From: Octopus bimaculoides
Taxonomy: Eukaryota
Length of the DNA stretch: 40,410 bases
Reading direction: 5' to 3'
NCBI RefSeq assembly: GCF_001194135.2
Contig: NC_068990.1
Coordinates: 65,421,141-65,461,550, forward strand
A program made the translations under genes and the position numbers. Shown piece after piece: positions 31,981 to 40,410 of this stretch (position 1 is the first letter of the stretch; every line of letters starts with the position of its first letter). Under the pieces are notes generated by a model that did not search any database, was not told the DNA's origin, and saw nothing but the letters and a program-made list of their open reading frames with translations.

Positions 31981-32554
31981 CCAAGAACTGCATTATTTGC
32001 TGTTAGTGGCAGCTGTCTGGCCACGTTAGGATATCGCCTGCAACAGCTTCAGCTACTTCCAAGATAATCGTTAATTCTACCCAGAATGGCAAGCCTATTA
32101 ATGTTATAGAATTGTACGTCATAAATCTGACACGGTAAAAAGAAAAGAAAAGAAAAGAAAAGAAAGGAAAAGAAAAACAAAATGAAACAAAAGAGAACAA
32201 GATCAAGAATCTGCATCTCTGTAGTCATGTTATTTAATGGAAGACAGTTGTGACATTAAGAAGGGGTTTACTAGAAGAAAACTAAACCACACAGTTCCAA
32301 TAGTTATCGCGTCTCTGTTTTAACAACAATGTTTTCGTAATGTCATTTCGTTGTTATATGAGAAATAAGCAACGTCCGTTTAGTTTTATTTTTACTCACT
32401 TTCTATTCACTCTTATTGGAAAGAAACTACAAAAGAAAGAAAGTAGTTTGTACTATCAAATTAGAGGCATGCTCTCGGTGAGGCAGACGCACTATTTTTT
32501 ATTCCGTGTTAACTGATAGGAAAAAATCCCCTATTTCTTATCCGCTATAAACTT

Positions 32555-32665
32555 TCATCAAAACAAGTGATTGAACTCATTGTGTCGTTTGAAAGCAGAA
32601 TGGAGGAAGCCCACGTTTACAGGAACAAAATATATGACAGTTTAGCTCTCAGACTGAAAGTATAC
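32555..32665 (+). mobile_element. HERO/R2-group REL endonuclease fragment
   Basis: SSKQVIELIVSFESRMEEAHVYRNKIYDSL resembles the K.V...ELTVP.E....EA..RK..KY..L motif of R2-group (HERO/NeSL) elements. Confidence 0.5.
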
Positions 32666-33255
32666 ATCTTGCAATTCTTTCCTGCGACATTCTAATCACA
32701 TATCCGCAGTACTGGAGCTGTAGGTTCTCAATGCAGAGAAGTAGCAGCTCAACCTGAAGAAATTCCCTGATCTCTACACTACGTACCCTGTCGAATAAGT
32801 TAGCCGGAGATCTTTTGGAGGAAGTACTATTTCGACAGCTTGTATTCGCGATCGAACTCTTTCAGTTATTATTCAACATTCATGAACACAAATGAAGATA
32901 GGCACAAAAAAATGAACTGAAGATAGCAATATTATATGTACTAATTTCAAAAGATCTCTGAAAGATCATTACACAGAACTTATCATAATCCACGATATTC
33001 ATCTTCTCTTTACTTTTACCATCTGTTTAATTTATTTGGACTTGAAGGCGTTTTGTATAAACATTTTATTCTCCTGTTTCATCGCTGATCAATTTATTAG
33101 TTTTGTTCGTTATTCATTCTGTCTTTCCTTTATGAACAGATTCTAGTTTTCAAAGTTTAGAAGATACATTCTTGTGTTCTTTTATTCTTTTGCCTCTTAC
33201 TGGTGGTGTAAACAACAAAAGGATGTATTAGTTTAACGCTCGGAAATAGAGAAAG

Positions 33256-33292
33256 TCTTTAACGTTTCGAGCTACGCTCTTCAACAGAAAGA
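33256..33292 (-). ncRNA. Minimal hammerhead motif with a core mutation (Penelope-type terminal repeat)
   Basis: ucuuu-CUGUUGA-a-gagc(gua)gcuc-GAAA-cgu-U-aaaga: perfect 5-bp stem I and 4-bp stem II, same layout as 16161-16207; A6 is changed to U. Confidence 0.5.
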
Positions 33293-33607
33293 ATAGGGAG
33301 AAAACAAGGAGAAAAACACGGAGAAAAAAATTTGAATGTTATGGTCAGCGATCTATCATGGCGACTGCCGGACAGAAAGTTCACACAGGAGAGCTAAGAA
33401 AAAGGGGTGATAACAAAAGGGGAAAGAAACGGTTCCCCAAATACGAGAAGCTGTGTGTGTGTATGTGAGAGAATGCTGGTGATCTTAACGTATGTATGTG
33501 TGTATGTAGGTGTGAAAAAATGGGGAAGGGAGAAAGGTGTTGGTCAGTGTTAGTGTGTGCGTGGTGGTGTGTTGTGAAGTGATGTGTGGTGTGATGTGAG
33601 AGTGTTG

Positions 33608-33745
33608 GAAGGTGGGAGTTGGGAGGTGGGGAAGGCGAAGGCTGGGGAGGCGAGAGTGGGGAAAGCATGGGTGGAGTGTGGGTTAGGCTGAGGGTGGGGG
33701 TAGAGGTAGGGGTGGGTGTAAGGAATTGGATGGGGTGGGGTGGGA
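33608..33745 (+). repeat. G-rich low-complexity tract with many GGG runs (G-quadruplex potential)
   Basis: More than ten G3+ runs with short spacers. Confidence 0.6.
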
Positions 33746-33809
33746 AGGTAGAATACATATATATATATACATTGGCATACATACACACAAAGGGAGTGAG
33801 AGAGAGGCA

Positions 33810-33865
33810 GACAGACAGACAGATAGACAGACAAATAGATAAACAGATCGATAGATAGATATATT

Positions 33866-33904
<39 letters not shown>

Positions 33905-33945
33905 TGATAGATCGATCGATAGATAGATAGATAGATAGATATAAA
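33810..33945. repeat. (GACA)n/(GATA)n microsatellite
   Basis: Direct reading. Confidence 0.95.
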
Positions 33946-33971
33946 TCGATATATATTGTATAGCCGGGCAG

Positions 33972-34009
<38 letters not shown>

Positions 34010-34523
34010 CCGGGCTATTTGCAACAACGTTGAATATTTTATTCATGTTATCCTGTAATAGAGGCAACGAATTCTCGTTCGATCATGTTGGTGAGTGCCT
34101 GGACGAGCACTGAAAAGGCCGACAAAGCCCCACATAGCCGGTCAACCTTCCAATTCATAATTTTGGGGTCGATAAAAAGGTACGAATCCAAGGAAGTGGA
34201 TTGTTCGAAGTGTTAGAGAACTGAAAATGATACCTTGTGGTATACGATCCAGATGTCTGTGTTGTAACAGCAACACTTACAACGACACTAGCGCCAAACT
34301 ATCGGCCCAAGTCGGCGACCTTTCTCTTGGCTAAACATCGGTGACGTGCAGAGGAAACCTGGAAAGAGGGAAACTAGTATGCAAGGATATTACCAATTGT
34401 TACACAGATAAACAGAAACGCGCGCACGCGCGCACACACTCCTACGCACATGCACACACTCACACTCGCACACCCATCTACACACAGACACATATACACA
34501 TACACTTGCACATATACAGATAC

Positions 34524-34558
<35 letters not shown>

Positions 34559-34984
34559 NNNNNNNNNNNNNNNNNNNNNNNNNNNNNNNNNNNNNNNNNN
34601 NNNNNNNNNNNNNNNNNNNNNNNNNNNNNNNNNNNNNNNNNNNNNNNNNNNNNNNNNNNNNNNNNNNNNNNNNNNNNNNNNNNNNNNNNNNNNNNNNNNN
34701 NNNNNNNNNNNNNNNNNNNNNNNNNNNNNNNNNNNNNNNNNNNNNNNNNNNNNNNNNNNNNNNNNNNNNNNNNNNNNNNNNNNNNNNNNNNNNNNNNNNN
34801 NNNNNNNNNNNNNNNNNNNNNNNNNNNNNNNNNNNNNNNNNNNNNNNNNNNNNNNNNNNNNNNNNNNNNNNNNNNNNNNNNNNNNNNNNNNNNNNNNNNN
34901 NNNNNNNNNNNNNNNNNNNNNNNNNNNNNNNNNNNNNNNNNNNNNNNNNNNNNNNNNNNNNNNNNNNNNNNNNNNNNNNNNNNN

Positions 34985-35020
<36 letters not shown>

Positions 35021-35685
35021 CGAATATTATTTGCTTAAATGCAATTTTTCTTCCAACGTTTCTCTTACGACGTTGTCATCTCTCTTTCTCTCTCTTTTTT
35101 TTTTATTTTCGTTAAACTCTACAAATTTCTAAGAAACGATTTCCACAGTAATTTCATCTCTGTCAGAATGTCTGCTTAATTTAGATAGAAGAGGTTTTCT
35201 TATTCTCAAAGGGAGTTTTACATCTAGTCTTTATTTAATATCGATATGCAACGCTTGATCTTGTCTAAATTAACTTTCTGTTGGCCGCCAAGCAACCTAA
35301 TATTATTAATGGAAATCTTCTTTTGGAGCTTCATTGTAAACATGGCGGACTTATCAAATTTAAATGCTCTCTCTTTCTAGCTTCGTTTTCCTTCGATTGA
35401 CAGCTTGTTTATTCGTATTTTCTATTGAATGGGAGATAGGATAAATAGTTGTAAATATGATCGAGATACTGCCATAGAAAGTGCGATAAATGAAGTATAT
35501 ACACGAAATGGAGCCTGCTAAAAAGAAAATTAAAAAAAAAAAGGACGGAGCTGAATTGGATAAACGATTCATACACGATCCAAGTGCAAGAGAAAATCGC
35601 ATAAATTCTGCTGGTGTAAATGAGACTCAGCACAAGATTGCATTACAGAAAGCCAGCAGCAGCAGCAACAGTGTTATCCACTCCA

Positions 35686-35698
35686 ACACACACACACA

Positions 35699-35779
<81 letters not shown>

Positions 35780-35987
35780 ACATGTAAACGTACCTACGTA
35801 ACGTATATAGATATATGTATATAATTTTGTACGAGAAACCAGGTGAATAAATTAATAAGATTTAGAAGTATTATGTAGATATCGAGAAAAATTTTTTCTC
35901 ATAATATCTATGTTAATCTCCTGTATATACATGTATTTATGTATCTATTAATGTACATATACATGCATATACATATCTTGCAATATA

Positions 35988-36041
<54 letters not shown>

Positions 36042-36081
36042 TGCATATATATATGAATTTTTATATTATTAATTTATATAA

Positions 36082-36134
<53 letters not shown>

Positions 36135-36923
36135 TAACATACTATTATATACACACACACATACACACACACACACATACACACACACACACACACACAT
36201 ATATATACACATATACATATATGTATACAAACGCACACACATGCATCGGAACACCAGTACATACATACAAAAATGCATACATGCATACACACAGACCCAG
36301 ACACGTCCACTCACACACACACGCACACACACACACACGTACGCATACACACACATATCATGCTAGTGAATCGAGAAGCATTAGAACAACGGATAAAATA
36401 CCTTATATTTATTTATTTAAACTCTCTTCGCTGCGAGTTCAACTACAATGCTAGAATGCATGTATGCATATTTGTATGCATGTGTACATGTTTATATGTT
36501 TGTATTCTTGTATATACGAGTGCGTATGCATGAGTGTGTGTGTGTGTGTATTTGTGTGTGCTTGTGTATACGTATTCACACATATACGCTCACATACATC
36601 TTAAGTATTCAGCCATAGTGCACCTACAACGTATATACGTATGTATGTATGTATGTATGTGTATGTATATATGTATGTGTGTATGTGTATGTGCGTGTGT
36701 GTATGTGTGTGTATAAACTAATGGCAATACCGAAATGATGGGAAAGGCTAGTAGCTTCCAACGTCTTAATTACACTCACACACAAGTCAGACACATATAC
36801 ACGCACGCACGCCCCCCCCACACATACGTACACCTACACACACGTACACGCGCTTGCGCACACAATCACGCGCATACACACATACAAATACACACACATG
36901 CATACACACATGCACACACACGT

Positions 36924-36960
<37 letters not shown>
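35686..36960. repeat. Extended complex (CA)n/(TA)n/(TG)n low-complexity region
   Basis: Direct reading; it generates all the H/T/Y/I/V/C-rich ORFs in this interval. Confidence 0.9.
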
Positions 36961-36963
<3 letters not shown>

Positions 36964-37883
36964 CAAACTCCCAAACAAAAAGAAATCCTTCCACGAAATA
37001 AGTAACAAAATTTGATTACCGTTGTTATGTTTGTTCAAAGTTCCTGACGAGACTTTTCAAAATGGTGCCAATTTTTAAACCCGAATATCTAACTAGAGTT
37101 AAGAATTCTTTATTAAAGTTGTTATACGTAATAAAGATTTAGTTAAGCAAAGAAATATTCTGTTTCGGGTCTCTAACTAGATTTATTTGATTGGGATATT
37201 TTTAACGGAATATTTTCGCCGGTAAGTTTGAAATATGGAGACGAGCCATATTATTTACATTCTAATCAATGAAATACTAAGATAGTTTTATCATAATTCG
37301 ATCTTTGAAACTGTGATATCAGCTCACGTTTTATCAGCTCCCGTTTTATGTCTCATTTATAAGAATGTTAATGGTTTGTTTTACCTGTTGCATAAAAGAG
37401 CGGCAGAAGTTGCGTGAAGGCCGGTAAGTGGAGCTGTCTCTCTTGACTACTGGCGGAGGTCTACGAAGGTCGTCTTCAGTCATGGACACCTGGCAGCTAG
37501 TCATCTTGACAGTTCTCCGCTCTTGATGCTGGCCGTTGCTGCGGCTCCTTCACCTGTCTAGTGGTTCAGTGTTCACCCCCTCATAAGCTTTAACCAACCT
37601 ACTAAGGCATTGTACCGGAGTAGGGTACTTGGAACCAGATTTAGAGGGTGACTAAGAGCCAACGATGTTTACACCCTACCAGGTAGGTGAACGGCGTACG
37701 AAGCACCAGAGGTACTATTTTTATTCAGAGTCCCTACATTCCTAAGATTTATATCGTTGACCATATCAGAAAACTATTACTGAACGGTGACTTCCAGTGT
37801 TCATTTACATGTAATTTTTTGCTATCTTTTGTCCGCTCCTTGTGTCTTCTTTTGCTGATACTTCCAACTTTAATTCTCTCGTA

Positions 37884-38215
37884 TCCTAATCCATCTCAGC
37901 CTAAAATTAAACTAACGAAACTAGGAATAAAAATCAAAAAAATTATAGACAAAACAAATAATATCAATTCTGTTATAAATCGCTTAATATTAACATCTCC
38001 CTTCATATATCTAAGCCTAAGAATACACACCGATCTAGAAATCAAACAAACTGATCTTCTAAAACTACAACTTACCCATTCAAATAAAATATCTAATTTA
38101 ACAAACAACCTTATAACATTAAAAATTTCCCATGAAATGATATAGCAACAATTATTCGAAATGAAATATATAAATAATACCCCCCCACCAAAAAAAGAAT
38201 ATGACATCAATATAA
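37884..38215 (-). pseudogene. nad5: NUMT: 5' part of mitochondrial NADH dehydrogenase subunit 5
   Basis: In the invertebrate mitochondrial code: [18 protein letters not shown]...SWEIFNVMSLFVKLDILFEWVSCSFSSSVCLISSSVCILSLSYMKGDVNIKRFM...FVLSMIFLIFIPSFVSLILGW(TGA)DGLG. The S-Y-M...KRF...SM..LIF...LGWDGLG pattern is the ND5 signature. Confidence 0.92.
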
Positions 38216-38217
38216 TA

Positions 38218-38372
38218 CAGGCCGACTTAATCAATTAAACCTATATTCTAATCGTCCTGGATTATATTATGGACAATGTCCTGAGATTTGTGGAACAAGT
38301 CACCCATTTATACCTATTACACTAGAAATTGTAAATAAAAATACTTTTTATAATTGATTATTAAATATGAAT
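38218..38372 (+). pseudogene. cox2: NUMT: 3' end of mitochondrial cytochrome c oxidase subunit II
   Basis: [46 protein letters not shown](TGA)LLNMN is the COX2 CuA-binding C-terminus (GRLNQ...RPG.YYGQC.EICG..H.FMPI). Confidence 0.95.
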
Positions 38373-38474
38373 ACACAAAAAAAAACCTCTATAACATCTT
38401 CACTCTATTTCCTCTTCATTTTATACTCAGTTTTTACCACTCGCCTCACAAATTTCACAAACCTCTCCTATTAT

Positions 38475-39161
38475 AGGGCTTTCCTATAAGTAGGTTATCT
38501 CCCTTGGCTAGGCGGCGCTCCATGTAGATAATTAAACTTCCGGAGGCTACCCACGCCATTGTTATTGTTTTACGTCTTATCATGGATATAAAGCAGCTTG
38601 ATGATTCAGCTATCGAAGTACTTACTGTGCCTGAGTTAAAGAAATATTTAAGATTATATGGACAGTATGTTACTGGAAGAAAGGCGGACTTGACTGAAAG
38701 GTTGAAAGGAATAAAAATTCTGTCGATGAAGAATGTCAACAAAGTAAATTCATCGGACGATAAGTCTGAAGTATCGGACGATANNNNNNNNNNNNNNNNN
38801 NNNNNNNNNNNNNNNNNNNNAATTTCACAGATAATGACATAATTACCTCGTGCTACGGATGAAAGCAAAGCAACAGTTAAGGAGTGGCATATTTTACCAC
38901 GACAGACACGTACACAGCATCGAATACCACGATGTGAGTGAAAGCTGCTCTCACTGTATTGTCCGGTGTCTGGTAATCCCCTCGATCTCGACATCAAACC
39001 AAAAAAAGAATCCTGACCACAGAGTGTAGGTAATTATGTCAAATGTCACTGGCAATGTGCATTCAGCTGATTGCAACTGTTAAAGCAAGTCACTGAGCAT
39101 GCGTACATGTCATACGGGAGAGTTCCAATCAGGGGTGGATAACGCCTTATAGGAAAGCCCT
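38475..39161 (+). mobile_element. Internally deleted TIR DNA transposon, ISL2EU-like, carrying a SAP/SWIM gene remnant
   Basis: Perfect 16-bp TIR AGGGCTTTCCTATAAG (38475-38490) / CTTATAGGAAAGCCCT (39146-39161), flanked by AT on both sides (a TA duplication with GGG ends is an equally possible parse). Confidence 0.8.
38582..39083 (+). pseudogene. SAP-domain and SWIM-finger N-terminus of a transposon accessory protein (truncated and frameshifted; gap 38784-38820)
   Basis: LTVPELKKYLRLYGQYVTGRKADLTERL is a SAP motif. Then NFTDNDI/NYLVLRMKAKQQLRSGIFYHDRHVH...CIVRCLVIPS...DHRV*VIMSNVTGNVHSADCNC*, the start of a SWIM CxC motif. Confidence 0.72.
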
Positions 39162-39552
39162 ATAACTCACAAATCTAACTGAATTAACGCGTTCCTTCAG
39201 CAGAAGGGTAGGGTCAGCACTGACCCTACCATCTTTCAAATTCATGGTAAAAACAGATTAACGAATGCTAAGTACCCTGTCTATAGTATGTAGAATGTGT
39301 TTGGCCTACTAGGTATACTTTGTCAGATATATGAGGTGTATGTTACGGCTTCGCGAAGCAGAAACTGCTTTATCGCGTTTTAAACAAGAAACTCATTAAT
39401 TTTTTGTTTGGATCAATGTTGAAGAAAGGAACGGAGAGCTAAGTCTTTTGACTTAAGGGCATGCATGCCTCTTCGTTGATACAATATAATTCTTCTGAAA
39501 CAACTCATAAAAGTTTTTGCATATAGGTTTATTATCATTGATTCGACAGAAA

Positions 39553-39742
39553 TATCCAAATTTTGGTGCAAGTCCAGCAATTACATCGACCCCAGTGTTC
39601 AACTGGTACTTATTTTATCGACTCCGAAAGGATGAAAGGCAAAGTCGACCTCAACAGTATTTAAACTCAGAGCGTAAAGACAGACGAAGTTCCACCAAGC
39701 ATTTTGTCCGGTGCGGTAATGATTCTGCCAGCTCGCCGCCTT
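39553..39742 (-). mobile_element. SINE family B
   Basis: aaggcggcgagctggcagaatcattacc...ctgagtttaaatactgttgaggtcgactttgcc...ggggtcgatgtaattgctggacttgcaccaaaatttgg. Confidence 0.88.
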
Positions 39743-39910
39743 AGAAATATCCAATATTACAGACAAAGAGAAATAGGAAGTGTGAAGTGTTTGACTCTCC
39801 GAAGCATATGGGTGAAATAACTTTTGGAAAGTGAAACTAAATTGTAGCTTTTCCAAAGCATTCCTCTTGCACCACGGCTATCACCAGTATTTTTACGGAT
39901 GGCACATGAC

Positions 39911-40075
39911 GGAGCTTCTTGGTCTCTCGATCGATCTGTTAGAAATAGATCTGTTAAATCCCACCATAATGTTTTAATAAATGTTATGATACGACATATT
40001 GGTATGATGCAAGTCTATATACATAGGGTCTGAAAAAATGAATGATGTGATAGTAACGGCTGGAACTCCTTTGAA
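39911..40075 (+). repeat. Degenerate interspersed repeat (family D)
   Basis: Weak similarity to 8003-8215. Confidence 0.3.
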
Positions 40076-40078
40076 CCA

Positions 40079-40122
40079 GCATCAGTTGTCAAGCGATTGC
40101 GGGGGAACAAACATAGATGCAA
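40079..40122 (-). mobile_element. Short internal fragment of SINE family A
   Basis: gcatcagttgtcaagcgattgcgggggaacaaac matches ccatcggttgtcaagcaatgttggggggacaaac at ~1167-1200. Confidence 0.55.
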
Positions 40123-40282
40123 AAACACGCACTCTTAAATCTCAGAGAGATTTAAGCAGTAGTGGAGCGATAAAGTTGTAGTGTATTGTCAACTTAATGT
40201 GACAATCCCAAGAAGGGAACACACTACTGCCGTTTAGCCCTAGGAAGCTGGACCGCTTCCTGTCGGCCTTGACACAATTACT

Positions 40283-40410
40283 GTGTCCTTAAGTTTGCGA
40301 GGGGAAGACAAGCTCCTCGCTTATGACGAGCAAAGACTCAGAAACATGTCCCTGAATGCTGGCTAGGCTGGGTGGAGGAGCTTATCTTCCCCTCGCAAAC
40401 TTAAGGACAC
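40283..40410. repeat. Near-perfect inverted repeat (36-bp arms, 35/36 match, 56-bp spacer), cut by the window end
   Basis: gtgtccttaagtttgcgaggggaagacaagctcctc (40283-40318) versus gaggagcttatcttcccctcgcaaacttaaggacac (40375-40410). Confidence 0.9.

Noticed and set aside
37380-37700. 5' UTR of an RTE-like LINE
   Set aside because: GC-richer and repeat-like, but there is no second copy or coding evidence within the window.
37687-38145. 152-aa plus-strand ORF
   Set aside because: It is largely the antisense shadow of the nad5 NUMT.
38373-38470. Third mitochondrial fragment (frame TSSLYFLFILYSVFTT)
   Set aside because: Composition is mitochondria-like, but I could not match a diagnostic motif. 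BLASTN to the mitogenome would decide.

Overview
This is repeat-saturated, AT-rich eukaryotic nuclear DNA, probably intronic or intergenic, with 11 assembly gaps (N runs), most of them flanked by microsatellites. No host protein-coding exon can be supported. The mitochondrial inserts (invertebrate mitochondrial code), the SINE families and the microsatellite load suggest an octopod cephalopod such as Octopus; this is an inference. Contents: (i) three abundant tRNA-headed SINE families, labelled A, B and C here, with about 19 copies or fragments of B; (ii) a tRNA-headed element whose 3' part carries a Penelope-type minimal hammerhead ribozyme motif; (iii) relics of CR1, R4/Dong-like (three copies), Tx1/L1-like, HERO/R2-like and Penelope retroelements; (iv) a Tc1/mariner (maT-like) transposase N-terminus; (v) a ~690 bp TIR-bounded ISL2EU-like DNA transposon with a SAP/SWIM gene remnant; (vi) a rearranged two-piece NUMT (nad5 plus cox2). 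The best leads are the hammerhead-bearing SINE, the composite NUMT next to the transposon, the (TAA)n-targeted Dong nest with a snap-back 5' junction, and several fold-back structures. Family names for mobile elements come from motif recognition by eye, not database searches, and the boundaries of degenerate copies are approximate.
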